Shown piece by piece: positions 1 to 8,931 of a stretch of DNA of 64,000 bases. Source of the DNA: an uncultured Candidatus Saccharibacteria bacterium (GTDB lineage Bacteria; Patescibacteriota; Minisyncoccia; Phycocordibacterales; Phycocordibacteraceae). The first letter of the stretch is position 1. Each line of letters begins with the position of its first letter. A program made the position numbers and the translations under genes. Under the pieces are notes generated by a model. That model was not told the DNA's origin and made no database searches. It was given only the letters and a program-made list of their open reading frames with translations. Location: contig CAYHLC010000001.1 of assembly GCA_964357395.1 (NCBI GenBank), positions 55,599-119,598 of the forward strand, written 5' to 3'.

Positions 1-90
1 AGAGCTATTCTGCTCCGATTGAACGCGGGCCTTAGGAAGCGAGGCGCGCCGAACTACGCAGAGGACTACTACAGCGCACCTGCTCAGTGA
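1..90 (+). CDS. Possible 3' end of a gene entering the window (partial)
   Basis: Frame 1 is open from base 1 to TGA at 88-90 and converges on comF; no recognisable motif. Confidence 0.3.
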   Translation, partial: RAILLRLNAGLRKRGAPNYAEDYYSAPAQ

Positions 91-728
91 GCGAGCGCAA
101 TAGCTATGACGCGCTTGGCGCCAGCTTCGAGGAGAGCTCGGCGAGCGTCTTTCAGTGTGGCGCCGCTCTCTACAACATCGTCTATGAGTAGGATGGTGCG
201 CCCCTCGACGAGCTCGACGTGGGGAACTCGAAATGCATCGCTAATATTCTTTTTCCGCTCGCTCCGCGGAACGTGGACTTGGCTTACGCGTTCAGCGCGG
301 GCAAGTGCGTGCGGTTCGTAGCGTAGGCTAACCTCCGTAGCGATGACGGAGGCAAACAGGGCTGCCTGGCTGTACCCGCGCTCGCGGAGGCGCCTCGGCG
401 AGGAGGGGATAGGCACGACCACAGGCGCTGCCATACCGCCGAGCGCGCTCTCGTCGCTCAGGTAATCCGTTATATAGTCTGCAGCAATCGCGCCCATACG
501 GAGCGCCACTTCCTTTTCGCCGTAATACTTGACCGCCTTGATGCAGGCGCGCACTTCCGCGTTCCAGTACGGCCAGAGGGTGTGGATCCACGCCGCCCTC
601 TCGAGTGTCGAGGGGCGCAGCAAGGCAGAAAGGCGCCCGGAAGTTACCGTGCGCGCCAGAATCGCATTCCGGTGACGTGGTAGCAGTAAGTCAAAAAGTC
701 TAGCAACAAGGCGTCTAAATTGGCTCAT
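84..728 (-). CDS. comF: ComF-family phosphoribosyltransferase-domain competence protein
   Basis: RERGYSQ motif, PRT loop LLIDDVVESGATL; divergent from pilM. Confidence 0.9.
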   Translation of the reverse strand: MSQFRRLVARLFDLLLPRHRNAILARTVTSGRLSALLRPSTLERAAWIHTLWPYWNAEVRACIKAVKYYGEKEVALRMGAIAADYITDYLSDESALGGMAAPVVVPIPSSPRRLRERGYSQAALFASVIATEVSLRYEPHALARAERVSQVHVPRSERKKNISDAFRVPHVELVEGRTILLIDDVVESGATLKDARRALLEAGAKRVIAIALAH

Positions 729-757
729 ACGCTCATGATATACTCAGCGCGAGTACT

Positions 758-1870
758 ATGCAGTTTTCTTTTGGCGGCATTACAGACGTCCTGACTAGGC
801 TCGGCGGCTCCCTACGCAAGTCGGAGGGTGATAGTGTTGTTGGTGTTGATATTGGCACCTCTACTATTAAGCTCGTCCAGCTGCGCTCTCGTAAGGGGTC
901 GGCAGTTCTTGAGACCTACGGCGAGATAGCACTCGGCCCCTATGCAGGTGCAGAAGTAGGGCAGGCGGTGAGTCCGCCGGCAGAAAAGATTAGCGAGGCG
1001 CTCGCGGACTTGATGCGCGAGGCAAACGTAACCGCAACCACTGGCGGTGTTGCGATACCGCTCTCTGCGTCACTCATCTCCGTGATCACGCTACCGACGA
1101 AGAGTAAGGAGGAACTCGCAACGATGGTGCCGATTGAGGCACGGAAGTACATCCCGGTCCCGGTTTCGGAAGTCGCACTTGACTGGTTTGTCATTCCAGA
1201 AGAAGAGATACAGTTCCTCGGTGCGCCAGCGGCAACGCGGCCAGCAAACGCAACTGACGTCTTGATGGTTGCGATACACAAGGCGACGCTCGCGCGGCAA
1301 GAGACGATCGCCAAGGGCGCCAAGCTCACCCCCGGCTTTTATGAGATCGAGCCATTTTCCTTCGCGCGCGCGTCCTACGAGCACGGCACCGCGCCAACGA
1401 TGATGATCGACATGGGGGCGTCGTCGACCCGTGTCTATATTATTGAGTTCGGTATTATTGCCGTCTCGCACACCGTGAATAGGGGCGGGCAGGACATCAC
1501 GCTCGCGCTCTCGAAGTCCAAGAGCATCCCCTTTAACGAAGCAGAGGCACTGAAGCGCTCCTCGTCCATCGCAACGGAGGAAACGGGGCGAAACGCACTA
1601 GAGTTCGTCTTTTCTGAAGCGCGTCGCATACTCCTCACGTACCAACGGAAGACCAACAAGGCAGTGTCACGCGTCGTCCTTGTGGGCGGTGGTGCGCAGA
1701 TGAAGGGGATGTCAGAGGTGGCGCATACCTACTTCGATGCACCCGTGGTCCTCGGCAGCCCGTTTGATCGGGTATCCGCGCCCGCGTTCATCTCAGACGT
1801 TTTGACTGGAGCAGGACCATCGTTCGCCTCCGCCATCGGCCTTGCCCTCCGCGCTTTGGAGAGAAAGTAG
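758..1870 (+). CDS. pilM: Type IV pilus assembly protein PilM (actin-like)
   Basis: VGVDIGTSTIK, EARKYIPVP, IDMGASST, LVGGGA, AIGLALR motifs. Confidence 0.93.
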   Translation: MQFSFGGITDVLTRLGGSLRKSEGDSVVGVDIGTSTIKLVQLRSRKGSAVLETYGEIALGPYAGAEVGQAVSPPAEKISEALADLMREANVTATTGGVAIPLSASLISVITLPTKSKEELATMVPIEARKYIPVPVSEVALDWFVIPEEEIQFLGAPAATRPANATDVLMVAIHKATLARQETIAKGAKLTPGFYEIEPFSFARASYEHGTAPTMMIDMGASSTRVYIIEFGIIAVSHTVNRGGQDITLALSKSKSIPFNEAEALKRSSSIATEETGRNALEFVFSEARRILLTYQRKTNKAVSRVVLVGGGAQMKGMSEVAHTYFDAPVVLGSPFDRVSAPAFISDVLTGAGPSFASAIGLALRALERK

Positions 1871-1881
1871 TGCAAAAGCTT

Positions 1882-1953
1882 CTAGGTGCTAGGTACTAGC
1901 TCCCAGCTTTTAATTTTCTGCACAGCTAGTCCCTAACACCTAGTCCCTAGTAC
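1882..1953. repeat. Two opposed arrays of 7-bp CTAGnnn repeats
   Basis: ctaggtg/ctaggta/ctagctc/ccagctt (1882-1909) and ctagtcc/ctaacac/ctagtcc/ctagtac (1926-1953). Confidence 0.75.
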
Positions 1954-1955
1954 CT

Positions 1956-1976
1956 CTTTGAGTGTTACACTCAAAG
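1956..1976. promoter_or_regulatory. Perfect 10-bp inverted repeat over an extended -10 box upstream of the pilN-like gene
   Basis: ctttgagtgt-t-acactcaaag containing TGtTACACT, 6 nt before ATG 1978. Confidence 0.6.
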
Positions 1977-1977
1977 C

Positions 1978-2631
1978 ATGCCAGATCGTGTGACCACCTC
2001 CTTCATACCGAAGGACTCATTGGTGACTGAGCGAGGTCCTCGCACGCCTAATCGCAGCCCCCTCGCGTTCGTCAACCTGATTGCGGGCGGCATCCTCATT
2101 ATCTCAATACTCGCCTGCGCGGGCATGTTCCTCTTCAAAACCTACACCGAGTCATCCATTTCATCGAAACAGGAGTCGCTCGATCGCCAGCGAGCCGCGT
2201 TCGAGCCTGCGACTATCCAGGAGTTACTCCGCCTCGACCGCCGCCTTATGGCCTCGAGCGAGCTGCTTCGCAACCACATGGCGATCTCGCTCCTCTTTGA
2301 GGACCTCGAGGCACGCACTGGTACCAACGTCCGATTCAATGACTTCAAGTTTGAGTCGCTCACCGCTGGCAAGAAGACTATTAATATGAGCGGCACCGCT
2401 CGGAGCTTCAACTCCGTTGCGCTTCAGGCGGACGCGTTCGGCAAGTCAACCCTGTTTAAGGACCCGATCTTCTCGAACCTCAACATCGATGCGAAGGGGA
2501 TAGTGATCTTCGACTTCGCGGGCATTGTGGACACTGCGCGCCTGAACTATGCAGCGCTGGCTACCGCACCCATTGTTGATATTGACGAGAGAATCACAGA
2601 GCCGCTCCCCGAATCACCACTTGAACCATGA
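1978..2631 (+). CDS. PilN-like bitopic pilus assembly protein
   Basis: N-terminal TSFIPK (PilM-binding-like), single TM helix, coiled coil; lies between pilM and pilO. Confidence 0.75.
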   Translation: MPDRVTTSFIPKDSLVTERGPRTPNRSPLAFVNLIAGGILIISILACAGMFLFKTYTESSISSKQESLDRQRAAFEPATIQELLRLDRRLMASSELLRNHMAISLLFEDLEARTGTNVRFNDFKFESLTAGKKTINMSGTARSFNSVALQADAFGKSTLFKDPIFSNLNIDAKGIVIFDFAGIVDTARLNYAALATAPIVDIDERITEPLPESPLEP

Positions 2632-3173
2632 AAGGCATCATCCCCATCATCTGCATAGTGATAGCCGGAGGTCTCTTTTACTGGTATATCGACCCGACCT
2701 ATGCCGAGGTCAGGGAGCTGCGTGCCGAGGAGGCGACACTCAACCAAGCCCTCGACCGGGCACTCGAGCTACAGGAAACACGCGACCAACTGCTCTCGCG
2801 CTACAACACCTTTGCACAGCTCGACCTCGAGCGGCTCGAGAAGCTCTTGCCCGACCATGTCGACAACGTTCGACTCGTACTTGACCTCGATGGCATAGCG
2901 GTTAAGTATGGCATGCGCGTTCGAAACGTTACCATCGAAGATCCAAACAAGAACAAGAAGCCAACCGATGTTGTTGGTCCCGCAGAGTCGCGCTACGAGT
3001 CGATGGTGATCTCGTTCTCCGTCACTGGCAACTACGACACGTTCCGACAGTTCATGCTCGATTTGGAGCGCTCACTCCGCATCGTCGACCTGGAGTCGCT
3101 CACCTTTAGTGCAGCTGAGAACGACTTGTACGACTTCAGCGTCTCATTACGAACTTACTGGCTCACACCATGA
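2628..3173 (+). CDS. pilO: Type IV pilus assembly protein PilO
   Basis: N-terminal TM helix, LEKLLP, GNYDTFRQFMLDLERSLRIVD. Confidence 0.85.
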   Translation: MKGIIPIICIVIAGGLFYWYIDPTYAEVRELRAEEATLNQALDRALELQETRDQLLSRYNTFAQLDLERLEKLLPDHVDNVRLVLDLDGIAVKYGMRVRNVTIEDPNKNKKPTDVVGPAESRYESMVISFSVTGNYDTFRQFMLDLERSLRIVDLESLTFSAAENDLYDFSVSLRTYWLTP

Positions 3174-3475
3174 TGGACCTCTTCCGCCGCTACCAAACGA
3201 TCATCCTGTTCATTGTTGCAGTGGCGTTCATATTCTTAGGCTACAAGGCGTTCTTTGCTCCAGCAGAGGACCCCGCAGTCCTCACGGTAAGCGAGGAGGC
3301 GTCGGGCCCCGATCAGGAGCTGATTGCACTCCTTTTTGAGCTCCGCGCGATACAGCTCGACCCCGCCATATTTGCTGACCCAATATTCCAGTCCCTTTCA
3401 GACTTCAGCCTCGAGTTGGTACCAGAGCCAACTGGCAGGCAGAACCCATTTGCACCGCTCGGCGGCACAGAATGA
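3170..3475 (+). CDS. Small bitopic pilus-associated protein (PilP-like position)
   Basis: TM helix, C-terminal GRQNPFAP, translationally coupled to neighbours. Confidence 0.7.
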   Translation: MMDLFRRYQTIILFIVAVAFIFLGYKAFFAPAEDPAVLTVSEEASGPDQELIALLFELRAIQLDPAIFADPIFQSLSDFSLELVPEPTGRQNPFAPLGGTE

Positions 3476-3478
3476 TCC

Positions 3479-5269
3479 ATGGATGTCCTCTCAATACTTA
3501 CGGAACGGGGTCTCCTTCCGAAAGGGGCTTTGGCGACGATCAAGGAGGAGGTAGCGAATGGGCAGAAGTCGATGGAGCGGGCACTCCTCGACCGTGGAGT
3601 ATCGTCTAAGGACATACTGGATGCGAGAGGAGAGTACTATCAAGTGCCGACGCGCGTCCTTGAGGACGGTAGCGTGCAATACGAGGTGCTGCGCTATGTC
3701 CCCGAAGAGTCTGCTCGCCACTACCGTTTTGTACCCATAGCGGTTATCGACGGCGCCTTGGAGGTTGGCACCACCGATCCTGACAACCTCGAGGCGCTCG
3801 AGGCGCTGAACTTTATTTCGAGCAAGGTATCGCTGCCGTACAAGGTGTACCTGATTTCTGACGAAGACTTTGACAAGGTGATCGCGCTCTACAAGGGGCT
3901 CACGACTGAGGTCGGGAAGGCGCTCACCGAACTCGAGACCTCAATCTCGCCCGAGGAGGCAGCGGCAGAGGCGGCCGCCGAGACGACAGCGGACCTCAAA
4001 GACGTTGTTGGGGGAGCGTTGAAAGAGGACGCACCAGTCACCAAGATCGTTGCAACCATATTGCGTTACGCGGTGGACGGGCGCGCGTCCGACATCCACA
4101 TCGAGCCAGCAGACAAGGAGCTCCGCGTCCGATTCCGTGTAGACGGCATACTACACACCTCACTCCGTTTACCCAAGAATGTCGAGCGAGCCGTCGTTGC
4201 GCGTATCAAGGTGCTGTCGTCCTTGAAGCTCGACGAACGGCGGAAGCCGCAGGACGGTCGCTTTTCCGCGACGATCGACAATAGGCAGATCGACTTTCGT
4301 GTCTCTACCTTCCCCTCGTATCATGGAGAGAAGGTGGTGATGCGTATTTTGGATAAGAGTCACGAAAAACTCACTTTGGCTGATCTCGGACTCGCGAAGT
4401 ACAACGTCGACATCATACGAAACGCGATTCAGCGCCCGTACGGACTCATTATCATCTCAGGCCCGACTGGTAGCGGTAAGTCGACGACGCTCTACGCGAT
4501 GCTACAAGAGTTGGACCGAGAGGGGATGAACGTCGTCTCCTTGGAGGATCCGGTCGAGTACGACGTCGAGGGAGTGTCGCAGTCCCAAGTGCGCCCGGAA
4601 ATTGGATACACCTTCGCTTCGGGACTCCGCTCCATTCTCCGCCAGGACCCAGACATCATCATGGTGGGAGAGATCCGCGATCGGGAGACGGGCCAGCTTG
4701 CAATCCAGGCAGCGCTGACCGGCCACTTAGTTTTGACGACCCTCCACACCAACAACGCGATTGGTATCGTGCCACGCCTCGTCGACATGGGTATCGACCC
4801 GTACCTGATTGCACCGACGCTCATCCTCTCGATTGCGCAGCGTCTGGTCCGTCGCAAGTGCAAGGATGCAGGGAAGCCAATGAAGGTCGAGGGGTCAGTC
4901 AAGGCCATGATCGACCGCGAGTTCCAGGACGTACCGCCGGAGTTTATGAAGCGCGTACCAGCCGCGACGGAGGTCTATGGTGTAGAGCCGACGGCCGAGT
5001 GTCCAAATGGTACCCGTGGCCGTGTGGGAGTCTTTGAGTTCATCGCCACTTCGAAGGAGATGGAGCGTGTCATCCTCAGTAAGCCGGTTAACGAAGAGAT
5101 CTATAACGTCGCACGCAAACAAGGAATGTTCAGTATGAAAGAGGATGCTATTATAAAAATGCTTGAAGGGGCCATACCCTTTGAGGAGGTGAACACCCTC
5201 GGCGGTGCCATTCTTGACGAAGAGGAGGAGCCGAAGACTAAGCCAGAACCAGAATCAGTAACATCATGA
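3479..5269 (+). CDS. pilB: Type IV pilus extension ATPase PilB/GspE
   Basis: ASDIHIEP, PQDGR, GPTGSGKSTT, LRQDPDIIMVGEIRD, TGHLVLTTLHTN. Confidence 0.95.
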   Translation: MDVLSILTERGLLPKGALATIKEEVANGQKSMERALLDRGVSSKDILDARGEYYQVPTRVLEDGSVQYEVLRYVPEESARHYRFVPIAVIDGALEVGTTDPDNLEALEALNFISSKVSLPYKVYLISDEDFDKVIALYKGLTTEVGKALTELETSISPEEAAAEAAAETTADLKDVVGGALKEDAPVTKIVATILRYAVDGRASDIHIEPADKELRVRFRVDGILHTSLRLPKNVERAVVARIKVLSSLKLDERRKPQDGRFSATIDNRQIDFRVSTFPSYHGEKVVMRILDKSHEKLTLADLGLAKYNVDIIRNAIQRPYGLIIISGPTGSGKSTTLYAMLQELDREGMNVVSLEDPVEYDVEGVSQSQVRPEIGYTFASGLRSILRQDPDIIMVGEIRDRETGQLAIQAALTGHLVLTTLHTNNAIGIVPRLVDMGIDPYLIAPTLILSIAQRLVRRKCKDAGKPMKVEGSVKAMIDREFQDVPPEFMKRVPAATEVYGVEPTAECPNGTRGRVGVFEFIATSKEMERVILSKPVNEEIYNVARKQGMFSMKEDAIIKMLEGAIPFEEVNTLGGAILDEEEEPKTKPEPESVTS

Positions 5270-5658
5270 CAGACGCACAAAAAGACCTAGTACTCCTCGT
5301 AGACGATGATGCGTTCCTCCTCGACATGTACGCCATGAAGTTTAAGCAATGCGGATTGCTGGTTGATGCGGTGTCGAACCCGGTTGCGGCGCTCGATAAG
5401 CTGCGCGCAGGCCTCGTGCCAGGCGTCATTCTCCTCGATGTCATCATGCCAGGCCTGAATGGTTTCGAGTTCTTGGAGATAGTACGGAAGGAAGGGCTTG
5501 CCAAAGAGGCGAAAGTCATCATGCTCTCGAACCAGGGCCAGCAAGAGGATATTGATAAGGCAACCGCGCTCGGCGCGGACGGCTACATCATTAAGGCGAG
5601 TGCGATCCCGTCTGAAGTCTGCGACAAGGCGCTCGCAATCATTGGTACTAAGAAATAA
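5266..5658 (+). CDS. Single-domain response regulator (receiver)
   Basis: LLVDDD, LLDVIMPGLNG, GADGYIIK; no output domain. Confidence 0.92.
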   Translation: MTDAQKDLVLLVDDDAFLLDMYAMKFKQCGLLVDAVSNPVAALDKLRAGLVPGVILLDVIMPGLNGFEFLEIVRKEGLAKEAKVIMLSNQGQQEDIDKATALGADGYIIKASAIPSEVCDKALAIIGTKK

Positions 5659-5659
5659 C

Positions 5660-6727
5660 ATGGCGCTCAACTACGCAACGGAACTAGAGCAGCTCATCGA
5701 AACCGTGATTGCGGAGGGTGGCTCGGACATACACCTCTCCGCGAAAGCACACCCCATCATCCGTGTCTCAGGCAACCTGATACCACTACTGAAGAAGCCC
5801 GAGTACACAGGCGAGGATACACGTGGCATCCTCAACGAGCTTATCGGTGGAGAGAAGTTGAAGCTTTTTAGCGAGAAGCAGGAGGTCGACTTTTCATACG
5901 CGTACAAAGACAAGGTGCGATTCCGAGGCAATGGTTTTGTGCAGCAAGGAACGGTCTCTTTGGCACTCCGCCTCATTCCCAACGAGATCAAGACGCTCTC
6001 CGACTTGCAGTTGCCGCAAGTACTAGAGACCTTCTGTCAGATGCAGCAAGGCTTTTTCCTTGTAGTGGGGCCGGTGGGGCAGGGCAAGTCGACGACGCTT
6101 GCCGCAATGATCGAGAAGATCAACCAGGATAGGACCGAGCACATCGTGACGATCGAGGACCCGATCGAGTACACCTTCGTCAGTAAGAACTCGACCATCA
6201 ATCAGCGCGAGGTAAAGATCGACACGCACAGCTTTCAGGACGCACTGAACTCCGCGTTTCGTCAGGATATCGATGTGATCATGGTAGGCGAGATGCGCGG
6301 CCCCGAGACGATGGCTGCTGCCGTTACTGCTGCAGAGACGGGCCACTTGGTCCTCTCAACCCTACATACCAACAACGCAGCGCAGACTATCGACCGCATC
6401 ATCGACACCTTCCCGGCCTCCCAACAGGATCAGATCCGCTTGCAGCTCGCAGCCTCCTTGGCGGGTATCTTTTCGCAACGCCTCATACCACGCATTTCTG
6501 GCGGCCTCATCCCTGCGTACGAGCTCCTCCTCAACACCGAGGCGGTTGCAAACCTGATTCGTGAGCGCCGCACACACGAGATTAATGCCATGATCGAGAC
6601 CGGCTCTGAGCTCGGCATGATTGACATGAACCGCTGCCTCGCAGACCTGGTCCGCCGTGGCGAGGTGACGCCGGAAAATGCGGTTGCCCGCTCGCTGAAC
6701 CCTAAGACGTTTATGCGATTGATCTAA
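5660..6727 (+). CDS. pilT: Type IV pilus retraction ATPase PilT
   Basis: GPVGQGKSTT, TIEDPIE, AAETGHLVLSTLHTN, VANLIRE; start placed at ATG 5660. Confidence 0.95.
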   Translation: MALNYATELEQLIETVIAEGGSDIHLSAKAHPIIRVSGNLIPLLKKPEYTGEDTRGILNELIGGEKLKLFSEKQEVDFSYAYKDKVRFRGNGFVQQGTVSLALRLIPNEIKTLSDLQLPQVLETFCQMQQGFFLVVGPVGQGKSTTLAAMIEKINQDRTEHIVTIEDPIEYTFVSKNSTINQREVKIDTHSFQDALNSAFRQDIDVIMVGEMRGPETMAAAVTAAETGHLVLSTLHTNNAAQTIDRIIDTFPASQQDQIRLQLAASLAGIFSQRLIPRISGGLIPAYELLLNTEAVANLIRERRTHEINAMIETGSELGMIDMNRCLADLVRRGEVTPENAVARSLNPKTFMRLI

Positions 6728-6728
6728 C

Positions 6729-7937
6729 ATGCTCTTTAACTACCAAGCAATCGACCAGGCAGGCGTGAAGCAAAGCGGATCGGTGGATGCTATCTCGCGC
6801 GATGTCGCTATCGCATCCTTGCAGCGCAGAGGCTTCTCCGTCACCTCTGTCGAGGAAGCGCAGGAAGGGGGGAGCGGGCTGAACCTCAACATCACCCTCT
6901 TTGAGGGAGTCGCCACGAAAGACGTCGTCCTCCTCTCGCGCGAGATCGCGACACTCTTCGAGGCGCAGGTGTCTGCGCTCCGCATCTTCCGGCTTCTCGC
7001 GACTGAGTCAGAAAAGCCGATACTACGAAAGACGCTGACCGAAGTTGCGGACGATGTACAGAGTGGTGCGCCGATATCAAAGGCGATGAGCAAGCACCCG
7101 AAGGTGTTCAGTGCCTTTTATACCAACATGATCAAGGCGGGCGAAGAGGCAGGAAAGCTGGACGAGACGTTCCTCTACCTCGCCGATTATCTCGACCGCT
7201 CCTACGAGGTGGTATCGAAGGCCAGAAACGCCCTCATATACCCAGCATTCGTTATCGCCACCTTCGTCGTGGTAATGATCCTCATGATGACATTCGTGAT
7301 TCCGCATATCAGCCAGATCCTCCTCGAGTCTGGACAGGAGATCCCGGCATACACCAAGGTGGTTATCGCGATCAGCACCTTCTTTGTTGACTATGGTGTG
7401 TTCCTCCTTATCCTCGCAGTCGTAGGCTCATTCTTCCTCTACCGGTACTCCAAGACGCCCACGGGACGTGCGGCGTTCGACCGATTCTTACTTTCCATCC
7501 CCTACATCGGCGAACTGTTTAAGAAACTGTACCTCGCTCGTATCGCAGATAACATGTCCACCATGCTCACCTCCGGTATCGCAGTGGTGCAGGCAACCGA
7601 GATCACTGCGTCTGTGGTGGGGAGTGCTGTGTACGAAGAGATATTAAATGATGTGGCGGCAACGGTGAAAGGGGGCGGCGCTATGTCGATTGCACTGCAG
7701 AATCACGCGGAGGTGCCGGGCATTATGACGGCTATGATCAAGGTGGGCGAGGAGACAGGAGAGCTCGGGTCTATCCTAAAGACGCTCGCGAAGTTCTATA
7801 ACCGAGAGGTGTCGAACACGGTGGACACACTGGTCGACCTTATCGAACCGTTCATGATCGTCCTTCTCGGTCTTTCTGTCGGTATCTTGCTCGCATCGGT
7901 CCTTATCCCCATCTACAACGTCTCGACCGCCATTTAG
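6729..7937 (+). CDS. pilC: Type IV pilus platform protein PilC/GspF
   Basis: AGEEAGKLD, ALIYPAFV, VGEETGEL, LIEP repeats. Confidence 0.95.
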   Translation: MLFNYQAIDQAGVKQSGSVDAISRDVAIASLQRRGFSVTSVEEAQEGGSGLNLNITLFEGVATKDVVLLSREIATLFEAQVSALRIFRLLATESEKPILRKTLTEVADDVQSGAPISKAMSKHPKVFSAFYTNMIKAGEEAGKLDETFLYLADYLDRSYEVVSKARNALIYPAFVIATFVVVMILMMTFVIPHISQILLESGQEIPAYTKVVIAISTFFVDYGVFLLILAVVGSFFLYRYSKTPTGRAAFDRFLLSIPYIGELFKKLYLARIADNMSTMLTSGIAVVQATEITASVVGSAVYEEILNDVAATVKGGGAMSIALQNHAEVPGIMTAMIKVGEETGELGSILKTLAKFYNREVSNTVDTLVDLIEPFMIVLLGLSVGILLASVLIPIYNVSTAI

Positions 7938-8003
7938 GGCTACAATAAGTAGGACCCACAAGGTCCTTAGCCTAGCTACTTATTAATAATTCGATATTAC
8001 ATT

Positions 8004-8459
8004 ATGAAGTCATTCCGAGGTTTTACGCTCATCGAGCTCCTCGTCGTTATCGCCATCATCGGCATCCTTTCGTCGATCGTCTTGGCATCACTTAATACCG
8101 CCCGCTTGAAGAGTCGTGACGCACGTCGCGTTGCTGACATCAAGCAGGTGCAGCTTGCGCTCCAGCTCTACTACGACGCCAACAGCGCGTATCCAGCTGC
8201 GCTCTCATCACTCGCACCGACCTATATCGCGACTATCCCTCGCGATCCGGTTGACCCAACCAACAACCCGTATCCGTATGACCAGCTGACGACTGGCTCG
8301 TCGTACCACATAGGTGCGAACCTCGAGGACTCGGCTAACGCAGCATTGCAGTCTGACCTCGATACGGCTGCCGATACCGGTACTGTTGACTCGGGGCTCG
8401 ATGCAGCAGGTTGCACGACCGGTGTGACCACGAGGTACTGTTACGACGTAGGTCCCTAA
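8004..8459 (+). CDS. Type IV pilin (major pilin candidate), copy 1
   Basis: Class III signal RG^FTLIELLVVIAIIG, SRDARR, C-terminal Cys pair. Confidence 0.95.
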   Translation: MKSFRGFTLIELLVVIAIIGILSSIVLASLNTARLKSRDARRVADIKQVQLALQLYYDANSAYPAALSSLAPTYIATIPRDPVDPTNNPYPYDQLTTGSSYHIGANLEDSANAALQSDLDTAADTGTVDSGLDAAGCTTGVTTRYCYDVGP

Positions 8460-8910
8460 TCAACTATATGAAACTAAGAGGCTTTACCCTTATTGAGCTT
8501 TTGGTGGTGATTGCCATCATCGGTATTCTCTCCTCCATCGTGCTCGCGTCGCTGAACTCCGCCAGGCTGAAGAGTCGTGATGCACGTCGCGTTGCTGACA
8601 TCAAGCAGGTGCAGCTTGCGCTCCAGCTCTACTACGACGCCAACAGCGCGTATCCAGCTGCGCTCTCATCACTCGCACCGACCTATATCGCGACTATCCC
8701 TCGCGATCCGGTTGACCCAACCAACAACCCGTATCCGTATGACCAGCTGACGACTGGCTCGTCGTACCACATAGGTGCGAACCTCGAGGACTCGGCTAAC
8801 GCAGCATTGCAGTCTGACCTCGATACGGCTGCCGATACCGGTACTGTTGACTCGGGGCTCGATGCAGCAGGTTGCACGACCGGTGTGACCACGAGGTACT
8901 GTTACGACGT
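8121..8910 (+). repeat. 329-bp exact direct repeat (8121-8449 = 8582-8910)
   Basis: Base-by-base comparison by eye, offset 461. Confidence 0.92.
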
Positions 8911-8920
8911 CGGCCCTTAG
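8468..8920 (+). CDS. Type IV pilin, copy 2 (mature protein differs from copy 1 by one residue)
   Basis: MKLRG^FTLIELL; start at ATG 8468. Confidence 0.95.
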   Translation: MKLRGFTLIELLVVIAIIGILSSIVLASLNSARLKSRDARRVADIKQVQLALQLYYDANSAYPAALSSLAPTYIATIPRDPVDPTNNPYPYDQLTTGSSYHIGANLEDSANAALQSDLDTAADTGTVDSGLDAAGCTTGVTTRYCYDVGP

Positions 8921-8931
8921 CTACGGGGGGC

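Noticed and set aside
1882-1953. CRISPR array
   Set aside because: 7-bp units with no spacers and no cas genes; no repeat-spacer array seen anywhere in the window.
8004-8920. Pilin repeat as a DGR template/variable repeat pair
   Set aside because: The core copies are identical, differences at the ends are synonymous rather than adenine-specific, and no reverse transcriptase is in the window.
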